Part shown: one piece after another, positions 18,143 through 28,081 of the stretch | Position numbering within the stretch: the stretch's first letter is position 1 | Layout: every line of letters starts with the position of its first letter | Source of the DNA: an uncultured Mycoplasmatota bacterium | GTDB lineage: Bacteria > Bacillota_I > Bacilli_A > RF39 > UBA660 | Assembly: GCA_900554315.1 (NCBI GenBank) | Contig: USGP01000004.1 | Span: forward strand, 4,174 to 68,173 | DNA length: 64,000 nucleotides | Reading direction: 5' to 3' | The notes under the pieces: model-generated | What the model was told of the DNA's origin: nothing | What the model saw: the letters and a program-made list of their open reading frames with translations, nothing else | Database searches by the model: none | Made by a program: the position numbers and the translations under genes

Positions 18143-19051
18143 TTAGTTTCTTCTGTTTTTACCAATTAGCTCCATTGGAATGGTTAATTGTTTAATTCTT
18201 TCTATAATTCTTCTAGCTTTTACTTTGTCTACTCCTGATGATGTTGTTGCAAGAGATGTTTCTAACTCTTCTAGTGTTAAGTTTGAAGTAAAAAAAGTTG
18301 GTAAGTGATTTTGCATTCTATATTGTAATATTGGTCCTAGCACTTCATCTCTTGACCAATTACTTTCATTTTCTGCTCCAATATCATCTAGTAATAGGAC
18401 GGGGGAATTTTTAATGTAGTCAAATTTTTCACTATAATCTGTTTGAAAAGAGGCTTTTAGGCTTCTTAAAAATTCTGGATAATATACAAGGACACAAGAG
18501 ACATTCTTCTTTGCCATTTCATTTAGTAATGCTGCAATTAAATAGGTTTTGCCACTACCAAAAGAACCTGTTAAATAAATTCCTTTAGGGCTTTCCTTTT
18601 TTTGATATTGATCTCTAAATTCTTTAAAATATCGAATGATCGGTAGTCTTGCTTTATCATCTGTATATACGTCTTTTAAAGAAGCGTCTTTGATATCTTT
18701 TGGCATATCAAATAATTCTAGATTTTCTTTATAAGCATTTTCTTTTAGGGCTTTTTGTTCCCATTTACAGGCAACATAAGAAAACTGAATGATATCTTTT
18801 TCTTTAGAAGGGGTATAACAGTACCCTTTTACTTCATTTTTACAATATGCTCTACCTTTACACTTTTTACAATTTTTATATTCTTGAAAAGCATCTTCTA
18901 GGTTAGAAGTATATTTCATTAATGTTTCTTCTTCTATTGGAAGTGATTCTAAATAATCTTTAAATTCAGAATCATTTTTTGCTTCTTGATAATTGTTGAT
19001 TAATTCAATATCATTTTTTTCATCTTTTAATATGGTATTTATGTTTTTCAT
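18143..19051 (-). CDS. dnaI: Primosomal helicase loader DnaI (AAA+), with Cys-rich N-terminal zinc module
   Basis: Walker A GSFGSGKT, Walker B LLLDDIGAE, FTSN box, N-terminal CKKCKG...C...C. Confidence 0.85.
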   Translation of the reverse strand: MKNINTILKDEKNDIELINNYQEAKNDSEFKDYLESLPIEEETLMKYTSNLEDAFQEYKNCKKCKGRAYCKNEVKGYCYTPSKEKDIIQFSYVACKWEQKALKENAYKENLELFDMPKDIKDASLKDVYTDDKARLPIIRYFKEFRDQYQKKESPKGIYLTGSFGSGKTYLIAALLNEMAKKNVSCVLVYYPEFLRSLKASFQTDYSEKFDYIKNSPVLLLDDIGAENESNWSRDEVLGPILQYRMQNHLPTFFTSNLTLEELETSLATTSSGVDKVKARRIIERIKQLTIPMELIGKNRRN

Positions 19052-19100
19052 AAAATCTCCTTCACTTCTTTTTTATTTTATCTTTTTTTTGAACAATTGT

Positions 19101-21137
19101 CTATCTTTCTTTTTTGTCTTCTGTTACTTCTTTTGTCTTGGGATAAATAGTAATTGTTCCAGAGTTTTTTGTTTGAAGTGTTGGTATTCTTAATGTTTTT
19201 AGTCTATTCATTACTTCTTTACTAGGATGATGATAGCGATTTTCTTTTCCAACTGAAATAATTGCTAGTTTTAAAGAAGTGTGAGTCAAAAACTTTTTAC
19301 TGGAACTAGTATTAGAACCATGGTGCCCAAGTTTTATTACATCTGCCTTTACTTGGTAAGTTTTCATTAGATATGCCTCTGTCTCTGTTGTTGCATCTCC
19401 CATTAGTAGCATCGTTAAATTCGGATGATAAACATAATATACTGAACTACTTGTATTTTCTTCTTTCCAATTTTTATTTAATTGTTGAAGGGTAAAATCT
19501 CCTACTGATATTATTTTTTCTTTTGTACTGATTTGATAACTTGGATAGTTGCTTTTGATTTCTTTTTCTAAATACGAGGTTTGTCCTAAATTTAAATAGA
19601 CGTTTTTTATTTTAAAGTGATTATTTAAATAGAAAAATTCTCCTATATGATCCATATCTCCATGAGTTAAAATTAGATGGTTTATTTGCTTTATTCCTTC
19701 ACTTTTTAATAACGGTATTGTTGTATATTTAGAAATGGTTTCTGATTTTGTCCCATCATATTTTACAATTCCACCTGTATCTATCAAAGCTGTTTTTCCT
19801 TTGGAAAATATTAAAATAGCATCTCCTTGTCCAACATCTATTACTTTTATATAGTCTGGTTTTACATAAAAAGAAAAATAATGCAAGAAAAATATTATAA
19901 TCATTACCATCATTACTTTCTTCTTTTTGGTTTTGTAATAATAAATAATTATTATTAATTCTAAGATATAGACTAGAATAGGTAGACGTGGAAAAGTTAA
20001 ATTTAGAAACGTAATATTTTTTAGAAAAAGGGATGTTTCTTCTAGTATTAAAATTAATAATTGATATATAGGAGATAGTATCGGTAATACCAGTGTCAAT
20101 ATGGACATAGGAAAAATGACGTAGTTGATATAAGGAATATAAAATAGATTATAAATCATACTTAAGGGATTTATTTCATAAAAATAATATAGGCTAATGG
20201 GAATACTAAAGATAAAAGCTAGAATAGAAGAAGTTATAAGGCTTTTTAGATAAGAGAAATTGGCTTTAGAAAAGTAAAGTAGTGCAATACTAATAGTAAA
20301 AGAATACCAAAAAGCAGCTTCTGTTATAAAGTATGGATTTATGAGTATCGTTAAAAGAATGGCATAAAGAATACATCGTCTTTTAGAAATTTCTAGTTTC
20401 CATACTCTATTTACGGAAAAAAAGATAAAAAATAGTAAACCTCTAATGATAGATGGTGTTATTCCTAATAGCAGTAAATATAAAAATAAAAAGCAATAAA
20501 TTATTTTATAAGCTGTTTTTTCTTTTACTTTTACTCTTTTTAGTCCTTTCATCATGATAGTTGCTAATAAATAGAACTGCATTCCACTAATAGCAAATAA
20601 GTGACTAATTCCATTTACTTGATAACTATCTTTTACTTCTTCTTTTATCTTATCATCTTGTCCTAATAGGAAGGCTTTTATATAAGGATCTGTTATTTTT
20701 TGATTTAGAGTTTGTTTTATTTTGTTTCTTAGAGATGTATTTTTTTCTTGTACTATAATTTTTTCTATTTGTATTGTGTGGTAAATATTTTGTTTTTTTA
20801 AATAAAAAGCATAGTCAAATAAATATTTTGTGGTAGGTGATTCTGGTTCTTCTATTTTTCCTATTACTTTTACTTTATCCCCTATTTCTAATTTGATTGG
20901 TTTTTGGTGTTCTCGATAAAAATAAGTGCCTTTTACTTTTTCTTTTCCTTGGATAATTAAAGATAAATACTCTTTATCCTCTTCTATTCTTAAAATGGTT
21001 CCTGTTATGAATGTTGTTTTTGTTGAGTATTTTGGTGTGGGTTTTATAGCTATTCTTATGATTGTGGATAGAATTGTTAGGATAAGCAGTATTATTAAAA
21101 GATAGTTAGACTGTAATATTGTTTTTAATTTCTTCAT
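19101..21137 (-). CDS. comEC: DNA internalisation competence protein ComEC/Rec2 with C-terminal metallo-beta-lactamase domain
   Basis: Multi-TM core plus HLILTHGDMDHIG and LGHHGS motifs. Start is ambiguous (TTG 21152, GTG 21149 or ATG 21137); overlaps the comEA 3' end. Confidence 0.85.
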   Translation of the reverse strand: MKKLKTILQSNYLLIILLILTILSTIIRIAIKPTPKYSTKTTFITGTILRIEEDKEYLSLIIQGKEKVKGTYFYREHQKPIKLEIGDKVKVIGKIEEPESPTTKYLFDYAFYLKKQNIYHTIQIEKIIVQEKNTSLRNKIKQTLNQKITDPYIKAFLLGQDDKIKEEVKDSYQVNGISHLFAISGMQFYLLATIMMKGLKRVKVKEKTAYKIIYCFLFLYLLLLGITPSIIRGLLFFIFFSVNRVWKLEISKRRCILYAILLTILINPYFITEAAFWYSFTISIALLYFSKANFSYLKSLITSSILAFIFSIPISLYYFYEINPLSMIYNLFYIPYINYVIFPMSILTLVLPILSPIYQLLILILEETSLFLKNITFLNLTFPRLPILVYILELIIIIYYYKTKKKKVMMVMIIIFFLHYFSFYVKPDYIKVIDVGQGDAILIFSKGKTALIDTGGIVKYDGTKSETISKYTTIPLLKSEGIKQINHLILTHGDMDHIGEFFYLNNHFKIKNVYLNLGQTSYLEKEIKSNYPSYQISTKEKIISVGDFTLQQLNKNWKEENTSSSVYYVYHPNLTMLLMGDATTETEAYLMKTYQVKADVIKLGHHGSNTSSSKKFLTHTSLKLAIISVGKENRYHHPSKEVMNRLKTLRIPTLQTKNSGTITIYPKTKEVTEDKKER

Positions 21138-21789
21138 AGGTGCTATCACCAATACCAGATACGTTTTTAATATCTTCTATTGTTTGAAATGGTGTTTTTT
21201 GTCTGTAGGCGATAATTGCATCAGCTTTTGTTTCTCCAATCCCAGATAAAGTCATTAATTCTTCTTTTGTCGCAGTATTAATATTTACTGTTGTTGATAT
21301 TTGTTTTTCTTCCGGCATATTTTCTTCTATACAAGCATCATTTGGTGTCTGCTCTTTTTCTCTACTAATACATTTTTCTTGAAGATAGGATTCTTGTTCT
21401 TTTGTCTCTAACCAATTTTCTACTTCTTTTTTACTATAAATGATAATTACCATTTCATCTGTTATCTTTTTGCTTAAGTTGATTACACTAGTATCTGCAG
21501 ATTCTGTTAGTCCTCCAGCCTCATTAATTACATCAATGATTCTAGAATCTTTTTCTAATTCATAGATCCCTGGTGTTATTACTTCTCCTTTAATATCTAC
21601 CATATATGTTTTTTTCACATCTTCTTCTGTTTCTGATTGCTCTTTTTTCTTTTTTACCTTAATTGTATTTATTGTCTTTTTTTTCGGTGGCTCATAGAAA
21701 TAAATAAAAGCAGAGATGGAACTGATTATCATTATTACTATTACTGATATTATAATAATTTGTTTTCGATATCTATAATGGAATGTCAT
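21106..21789 (-). CDS. comEA: ComEA: membrane-anchored SLBB plus helix-hairpin-helix DNA receptor
   Basis: N-terminal TM; GEVITPGIYEL (SLBB); C-terminal INTATKEELMTLSGIGETKADAII and IKNVSGIGDSTYEEI HhH motifs. Confidence 0.85.
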   Translation of the reverse strand: MTFHYRYRKQIIIISVIVIMIISSISAFIYFYEPPKKKTINTIKVKKKKEQSETEEDVKKTYMVDIKGEVITPGIYELEKDSRIIDVINEAGGLTESADTSVINLSKKITDEMVIIIYSKKEVENWLETKEQESYLQEKCISREKEQTPNDACIEENMPEEKQISTTVNINTATKEELMTLSGIGETKADAIIAYRQKTPFQTIEDIKNVSGIGDSTYEEIKNNITV

Positions 21790-21841
21790 ATTACCTCCTC
21801 TATTATATTTTTCGAAAAAAAAAGATAAATTGTTTAAAAAT

Positions 21842-23038
21842 TTATCTTTTGGGTTTTTGTATTTTTCTTACTAAGACAACAGGTTCTTCTGCCTCTTCTT
21901 TGGTTTCTGGTACATCTTCAATTGCCATTTCTAATACAGCATCCATTAAAAATTTTTCTACTGAAAAAATATCTGATGTTGTTACTCTACCTCCGGCATT
22001 TTGTTTATTACCCCCACCACTTCTAGTTATGGTATAAGATGTGTTACTAGATATTAGTGGAAAATCTACGTATTGGAGCTTTCCTAAAATATTTCCCACA
22101 TCCATATCGCCTCTACTTCGAGCAGAGATTCCTACATCTGTATCACTTACATATCCCATAACAAAACTAACATCTGCGTACTTTAACATTTTATCTGCTG
22201 TTTTGGCAAGTTCCACTTGCTTATATTTTTCCATTGGATTCATTCTGTTCAACGTAAAGGATACGGTAGGATTTCCTAATAATTGGCTATATGCCTGTAC
22301 TTGGGTATTTCTTATTTCTACTGCTTGTTCTTGTCCATCTTTTTCTTCTATGGCACTTTTCTTTCCAAATATTAAACTGTAAATTTTATCATCTTCTAGG
22401 AAATTGGATATAAATAAGCGGTTAACAGCATCATAGTCTGCTCCTTTTCTACACAGCTTTTCTACTGTATCAAAGGTATTAGGCTTGGCATTTTTTTGAA
22501 ATCTTTTCGTATCTAGTAAAATTCCTGCTAGTAGATAATTGGCAAGTTGAGCAGAAATAGGAATTTTTTTCGCTAATAAAATTTGTGTTACGATTTCGCA
22601 AGCACTTGAGGCATCAACTTCTATCAATTGATTGTTAGCTGGTACACTAAAAGAATCTTCCTCATGGTGATCAATTACCATTATTTTACCTGGCTTGTCT
22701 AAATCATTTTGAACAGAAATTAAATATTTTTTATTTACATCGGTTATTAATAATAAAGAATCTCTATCTACTAGCCCTTGAAAATGTGCTAATGTTATAT
22801 AGGCATAATCTTGACTGGTAGCATCTAAAATATTTTTGATACCCGAATCTATTTCTGCTTGTAAATCATTTATAATTATATAAGACTTTTTCCCCAAAGC
22901 TTTCGTAAGTGTTGCTAAAGCTAGGGATGAGCCTATTGAATCATAGTCTGGATTATTATGTCCAACAATAAATACTTGAGATGCGTTGCTTATACTTTTG
23001 ATAAGGTCGTCTCTAAATCTTCTTAATTTATTGCTCAT
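21842..23038 (-). CDS. DHH/DHHA1-family phosphoesterase (NrnA/GdpP-like catalytic core)
   Basis: HNNPDYDSIGS, DHH (VIDHHE) and GGGNKQNAGG (DHHA1 GGGH-like) motifs; 398 aa with an acidic/basic C-terminal extension. Confidence 0.75.
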   Translation of the reverse strand: MSNKLRRFRDDLIKSISNASQVFIVGHNNPDYDSIGSSLALATLTKALGKKSYIIINDLQAEIDSGIKNILDATSQDYAYITLAHFQGLVDRDSLLLITDVNKKYLISVQNDLDKPGKIMVIDHHEEDSFSVPANNQLIEVDASSACEIVTQILLAKKIPISAQLANYLLAGILLDTKRFQKNAKPNTFDTVEKLCRKGADYDAVNRLFISNFLEDDKIYSLIFGKKSAIEEKDGQEQAVEIRNTQVQAYSQLLGNPTVSFTLNRMNPMEKYKQVELAKTADKMLKYADVSFVMGYVSDTDVGISARSRGDMDVGNILGKLQYVDFPLISSNTSYTITRSGGGNKQNAGGRVTTSDIFSVEKFLMDAVLEMAIEDVPETKEEAEEPVVLVRKIQKPKR

Positions 23039-23073
23039 GTTTCCTTACTCCCTTTAATGAGCTATATTTTAAC

Positions 23074-23113
23074 AAAAAAACCTGAAAAAGTCAATCTATT
23101 TGTCTTTTTCAGG
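23074..23113 (-). terminator. Rho-independent terminator after the SEDS gene
   Basis: 10-bp stem CCTGAAAAAG/CTTTTTCAGG followed by a T7 run on the minus strand; the hairpin covers the last codons. Confidence 0.75.
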
Positions 23114-24247
23114 CTTCTCTTTGGCTAGTCCATTTTCTACACTAACACGTTGTACAATGGTTAATGCAGCAATTAAACAAATTGTAAAACTTCCTCCATA
23201 ACTCATAAATGGTAATGGTACACCAGTCATTGGCATCATTCCAAAGATTCCCATTAAATTAATTACTATATGAAGGAAAATATAAACTGCTACTCCATAA
23301 CATAGGAGTGCTCCTCGATTCGTTGGACTATCACGTCCTATTTTTAATATTCTATATAGTAAAAACATATATAAAAGTATAATTCCAACACCAGATATTA
23401 CACCTAATTCTTCTACTATAATAGCGAAGATAAAATCTGTATATGGTTCTGGTAAATATAGATACTTTTGTGTAGAGTTTCCTAACCCCACTCCTGTTAG
23501 TCCACCATTATTAATTGCGATATAACAATTGCAGACTTGGTTTCCTGTTGTCAGTAATTTATCACAGGGATTTGAAAAATCAAAACGTTCTAATTGTCTA
23601 GATTGTAATAAAGACTTTCCTGCTCCTAAGAAAATAATTCCAGCAAATATAATGAGTCCTAAGACTCCAAAAATTGTTTTTACTTTTATTTCTTTTAAGA
23701 CAGGAGATGCTAAAAACATAACTCCTACAATTACTGTATATATAATAGCTGTTCCTAAGTCTGGTTGAACAAATATTAATAATGCAATAATGGCACAAAT
23801 TCCTAATGGAAATAAACTTTTTCCATAACCTGTAATTTTTTTATTCTTTTCATAGTATCTTGCGAGCCATACGATAGTAATTACTTTTGCAAATTCACTG
23901 GGCTGGATACTGATAACTCCTAAATCATACCAAGAAATGGCCTGGTTTTTTGCTTGTCCTATAATTAATAAACATAATAAACTGATTATAATAATGATTA
24001 AAAATCCCCAGGAGAATACTCCGTATGCTTTGGTTGTAAATTTAATCATTATGAGGGACATGACTAGTCCAGCCAGTAAGAAGGCTGCTTGTTTTAAAAA
24101 GTAGTTATAGGGACTTACAGCATGTGACATGTATGCTGTTACATTAGAGGCAGAAAACACCATAATAAGTCCTATGATAAAAAGCAAGACAGAAACTATC
24201 AATAGTGGCTTGTCTACATATTTGATGATTTTTTTCGTCTCTATCAC
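23096..24247 (-). CDS. SEDS-family peptidoglycan glycosyltransferase (FtsW/RodA/SpoVE)
   Basis: About 10 TM; conserved QPSEFAK, PDLGT and LPFMSYGGS motifs; GTG start. Confidence 0.9.
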   Translation of the reverse strand: MIETKKIIKYVDKPLLIVSVLLFIIGLIMVFSASNVTAYMSHAVSPYNYFLKQAAFLLAGLVMSLIMIKFTTKAYGVFSWGFLIIIIISLLCLLIIGQAKNQAISWYDLGVISIQPSEFAKVITIVWLARYYEKNKKITGYGKSLFPLGICAIIALLIFVQPDLGTAIIYTVIVGVMFLASPVLKEIKVKTIFGVLGLIIFAGIIFLGAGKSLLQSRQLERFDFSNPCDKLLTTGNQVCNCYIAINNGGLTGVGLGNSTQKYLYLPEPYTDFIFAIIVEELGVISGVGIILLYMFLLYRILKIGRDSPTNRGALLCYGVAVYIFLHIVINLMGIFGMMPMTGVPLPFMSYGGSFTICLIAALTIVQRVSVENGLAKEKPEKDK

Positions 24248-24379
24248 TCCCCATCCTATAATATATAATATATCATATTTTTCTTTGTTTTGCTAATTTA
24301 ACTTTTTCCTGGTTTCTTTTTATGAACAAATTTTGTCAATTTACATAACTTATATTAGATTATGTAAAGGAGGCTATCT

Positions 24380-24535
24380 ATGTATTCTTATGGAATGAAT
24401 GGTAGTGGTTGCTACCAATATAATCAAATGCCATATTATCCTTATTATGGAACAAATAACAATTCTAATTATGCTATTATATTGGTGTTATTTATTTTAT
24501 TAGTTATTGTTATTGGTTCTCGTTTTACAGCTTAA
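24380..24535 (+). CDS. 51-aa Tyr/Asn/Pro-rich peptide with a hydrophobic tail, YjcZ-like (small sporulation protein family)
   Basis: Not in the ORF track (too short). AAGGAGG Shine-Dalgarno 7 nt before ATG 24380. Sequence MYSYGMNGSGCYQYNQMPYYPYYGTNNNSNYAILLVLFILLVIVIGSRFTA; the tail resembles the FALIVVLFILLIIVG hallmark of YjcZ-type peptides. Followed by a terminator. Confidence 0.6.
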   Translation: MYSYGMNGSGCYQYNQMPYYPYYGTNNNSNYAIILVLFILLVIVIGSRFTA

Positions 24536-24543
24536 GTATTGTA

Positions 24544-24578
24544 AAAACGTATAATTTTATACGTTTTTATTTTTTTTC
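24544..24578 (+). terminator. Rho-independent terminator
   Basis: AAAACGTATA-attt-TATACGTTTT hairpin plus a T-rich run. Confidence 0.75.
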
Positions 24579-24631
24579 TTTATTTTTCAAGCTTTTTCTG
24601 ATAAACTATACTTGCATAAAGAGGTGGTAAC

Positions 24632-25180
24632 ATGCTTAAAACAAAAGATATTTTAGATGAGAAAGATAAGCGTTTAAGAATGATTAGTAAAGATGTAGAA
24701 TTTCCTCTTACGAAAAAAGATAAAGATTTAATTCATACAATGATACAATATTTACATGATTCTCAAATTGAAGAATTATCTGAAAAATATGACTTACGAC
24801 CTGGTATGGGAATGTCTGCTATTCAGTTAGGTGTTCCTAAAAGAATGTTTGTTGTTGTCAATGAAATTGATGAGGGTGAATTTGAAACTTACGTTTTAAT
24901 TAATCCTAAAATTATTAGTAATTCTGTTGAGAAAATTTATGTTGAAATGGGTGAAGGTTGTCTATCTGTTAATCGTGAGGTAGAAGGAATTGTTCCAAGA
25001 TATGCAAGAGTTACTATGGAAGCTTATGATATGGAAGGAAGAAAAGTGCATATTAGAGCACGTGAAGAACTTGCTATTTGTTTCCAACATGAGCTTGATC
25101 ATTTAAATGGAATCTTATTTTTCGATCATATTGATAAAAAAGATCCTTTCAAAGGAAAGGATCAATATAGAGCTATTTAA
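24632..25180 (+). CDS. def: Peptide deformylase
   Basis: GMGMSAIQLG, EGCLSV and QHELDHLNG motifs. Confidence 0.95.
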   Translation: MLKTKDILDEKDKRLRMISKDVEFPLTKKDKDLIHTMIQYLHDSQIEELSEKYDLRPGMGMSAIQLGVPKRMFVVVNEIDEGEFETYVLINPKIISNSVEKIYVEMGEGCLSVNREVEGIVPRYARVTMEAYDMEGRKVHIRAREELAICFQHELDHLNGILFFDHIDKKDPFKGKDQYRAI

Positions 25181-25193
25181 GCTCCTTTTTTTT
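25170..25193 (+). terminator. Probable def terminator embedded in the 3' end of the convergent gene
   Basis: GAGCT-attta-AGCTC hairpin followed by a T8 run. Confidence 0.5.
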
Positions 25194-26630
25194 GATGTTA
25201 TTTTCTGGTTTTGCTTTTAGAGATAATTCCTGTAATACTTCTTCTGTTGTCATGTCACATACTCGTGGACAAATAGAGAGCATGGTTGAAGTTACATCTT
25301 CTCTTTCTCTTAAATCCAATGTATATTTATTTCCTACAATATAAGGACAGGTTGTATACAAAATGTTTGGTTTTGTTAATAAAGTAACGGTATCCATATC
25401 AATATAGGAACTCGCTATTTCTTCTATTGATTTATGGCATTCCTTTTCAAAAGAAAAATCAGGATTCTTTCTCTTCATTTTTCTTTCTAAATCTTGTACC
25501 TCTTCTATTTCTTTTTCTAGTGTTACTTCTTCCCCTTTTAGTCTTTTTTCTATTCTTTCTACAATACTTTCTATATCCATGCAATATTTGCTAGTTTCTG
25601 ATAAGCGCATGGTTATTCGCTTTTTAATTTCTTCTTCGGAATAATTTTTTTCTTTTAAAAAGTCACACATAGCATACTCAAAAAAGATACTTGGTAGCTC
25701 AGTTAAAATAGATGGTGTTTTTCCAGATGGCTCTTTATTTTTTAAACACATATAATGAACAAATTCATGAATAAAATTTACACTATCTGCTAAAGTATAT
25801 TCCCATGGTGTATATATGTACCAATCACCATTAGTATTAAATGTTTGCCAATTTAATTCCTTTTTGTTTCTCAGTCTTTTATCATTTTTATCTTCTATTA
25901 TTTTATTATCTTTTTGTAAAGTTAGGAATTCTTGATACCAGGTTAATGTTGGATCTATTTTTATTAAAAATTCTGAAATTAAAGAAAAACTCTTTTCTTT
26001 AGAAATATATTGGTTTAACGCTTCTAAATTTGTTATTTCTTCTCTCTTACTCTCTTCATCTATTATGTTATTTAACCATGTTATCAAGGATAAAATATTA
26101 GTACTGTTATCTTCTTGTTGCAGTCTTTGTATTTGAATATCTAATAATAAATTTAATAAGTCTTCTCGATAAGTTTTTTGATACCAATCAAAAATTTTAT
26201 CTTCTATTTCTTTTCTTTCTCCATGCGTATATTTATAATAGCCTGCAAAGTCTTTTGTTTTCTTAACGTAAGTCCAAACAGATAAAGTATGTAACATTTT
26301 TCTGTCAAAAGGAAAATCATATATATCTTTTAGCAATCTTTCTTTCCATAAATATAAAAGAATAAATTTTTGATCTTCTTCATTTATAGGTGAAGAATTT
26401 AAAAACTCTTGAGCGTTATCTATTGATATATCTTTTAAATGTTCTAATAGGTCTTCCGGAGCTTTTATAAACATTTCACATTTTTTATCAGTTAAACTAA
26501 TTTTATTTCCGTTTAAAAAGAAAGAAAAAAAGTCTTTGTTATCTTCTAGATATTCTTTTAAATAAAATGCTAATTTTTCTGTTGATTGATCATATTCAAT
26601 CGGTATTACTTGTGTTTTGAGGATAGACAT
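25173..26630 (-). CDS. M3-like zinc metallopeptidase paralogue 3 (HEFVH...TELPSIFFE), truncated relative to PepF
   Basis: 485 aa. HExxH plus a downstream Glu in an ExxSxxxE-like context, as in oligoendopeptidase F (M3B). No signal peptide. AGGAGG Shine-Dalgarno. Confidence 0.65.
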   Translation of the reverse strand: MSILKTQVIPIEYDQSTEKLAFYLKEYLEDNKDFFSFFLNGNKISLTDKKCEMFIKAPEDLLEHLKDISIDNAQEFLNSSPINEEDQKFILLYLWKERLLKDIYDFPFDRKMLHTLSVWTYVKKTKDFAGYYKYTHGERKEIEDKIFDWYQKTYREDLLNLLLDIQIQRLQQEDNSTNILSLITWLNNIIDEESKREEITNLEALNQYISKEKSFSLISEFLIKIDPTLTWYQEFLTLQKDNKIIEDKNDKRLRNKKELNWQTFNTNGDWYIYTPWEYTLADSVNFIHEFVHYMCLKNKEPSGKTPSILTELPSIFFEYAMCDFLKEKNYSEEEIKKRITMRLSETSKYCMDIESIVERIEKRLKGEEVTLEKEIEEVQDLERKMKRKNPDFSFEKECHKSIEEIASSYIDMDTVTLLTKPNILYTTCPYIVGNKYTLDLREREDVTSTMLSICPRVCDMTTEEVLQELSLKAKPENNIKKKELK

Positions 26631-28068
26631 CTTTTATTCCTCCTAATTTCTTTTCTTTGCCTTGTTCTCTTTCAAAAATAGCTGTTTCGATTTCTTCTGG
26701 GGTTAATATTTCTATATTTTTACTAAGTTCTATCATCATAGGAATTATATTTTCTCCTTGATAGTATCTATCTAAAGCTTCTTTACAGTAATAGATTCCT
26801 AATACATATTTTAAACTATCCGTATAATGAAACGGCTCTTCTATTATCAGTTGATTTCGTTCATCACAATTTTCATTTGCCAGCATTTTTTTTAGATTTT
26901 CAGAATCATCTTCTGATAGATCTCCAGCTTCCAATAACATATTAATTTCTTGTTCCTGGCTAATTGGTTCTTGTTTTGATAATACTTCTATTAAATACAT
27001 GATATCTTGAATATCATAAGCAAGGGCTGAAGATGAGTTTAGGCGATTTCTTTTTATTTTGTCTACTTCTTCTTTTGGATAGTTTTTGGATATTAAAAAG
27101 TCACACATTAGAGTTTCAAAAAAGATAGGAACTATTTCTGTTAAAATATTTCCTTTTTCATTATCATAAATGCATTTCTCTTCTTTTTCCATATAATGAA
27201 AAAACTCGTGAATTAAAGCAACCGCATCGTTAATTGTGTTAGTCCAAGGCATATAAATATACTTACTACCATCATTGGCTGTAATTGTTTGTGGAATATT
27301 TTCATCTTTGTTGTTTTCTACTATTTTTTTATTACTTATAATACGATTTTCTTTTTGGAGTTGGAAAAAGTCTTGTAATAAGTTTAAAGAAGGATCAATT
27401 CTTTGAAGAAATTCTTGACATAAAGCAATTGATTCATTAGGTGTCATAGGAAAAGTTATGTTTATTTCTTCTTCTATTCCTTCTCCTAATCTTGTAACAT
27501 CTTCTGCAATAAAGTAAGTTTGGTCTATTACATTTCCTATTTCTTGATTAAAATATTGAAAATAATAATTATTTAATTGCATTACAATTTCTAATAATAG
27601 GTAATTCGTTAATTGATAGCGATATGTTTCCATTAACCAGTTTTGAATATTTTCTTTTGTTGCGGTTGATGGATGATTCAAATACTCTTTTAGTCCTTGA
27701 TAATCTTTTTTATGGTGAAAATAATCATAAACTCCTGCTACTTCTCTAATTCTACTATATTTAAAATCTTCTGTTTCTCTGCTATTCCAATAATAAGTGA
27801 CTTCTGGTTGTTCCTCTTCACTTAGATAATTTTCTCTTAAAAATCCAGTAGCATCATAAGCACTAATTCCATCTAAGTACTTTAGAATTGTTTTTCCTGC
27901 TGCTACATAAATAGGAGCACTTTCATCGATTAGACTGATTTTATCTCCTTTTAGAAACACACGAAAGAATTCTGGATTTTTATCTAGCATTTTTTCTATT
28001 TTTTGAGCTTTTCTTTTGGTCTTTTCATCATATTCTATTGGTACTACCTTTGTTGTTAAAATTGACAT
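26596..28068 (-). CDS. M3-like zinc metallopeptidase paralogue 2 (HEFFH...TEIVPIFFE)
   Basis: 490 aa. Shares the N-terminus MSILxTxVxPIEYD with its neighbours. The 3' end overlaps the next gene by 35 nt. Confidence 0.65.
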   Translation of the reverse strand: MSILTTKVVPIEYDEKTKRKAQKIEKMLDKNPEFFRVFLKGDKISLIDESAPIYVAAGKTILKYLDGISAYDATGFLRENYLSEEEQPEVTYYWNSRETEDFKYSRIREVAGVYDYFHHKKDYQGLKEYLNHPSTATKENIQNWLMETYRYQLTNYLLLEIVMQLNNYYFQYFNQEIGNVIDQTYFIAEDVTRLGEGIEEEINITFPMTPNESIALCQEFLQRIDPSLNLLQDFFQLQKENRIISNKKIVENNKDENIPQTITANDGSKYIYMPWTNTINDAVALIHEFFHYMEKEEKCIYDNEKGNILTEIVPIFFETLMCDFLISKNYPKEEVDKIKRNRLNSSSALAYDIQDIMYLIEVLSKQEPISQEQEINMLLEAGDLSEDDSENLKKMLANENCDERNQLIIEEPFHYTDSLKYVLGIYYCKEALDRYYQGENIIPMMIELSKNIEILTPEEIETAIFEREQGKEKKLGGIKDVYPQNTSNTD

Positions 28069-28081
28069 AAAATCCTTCTTT

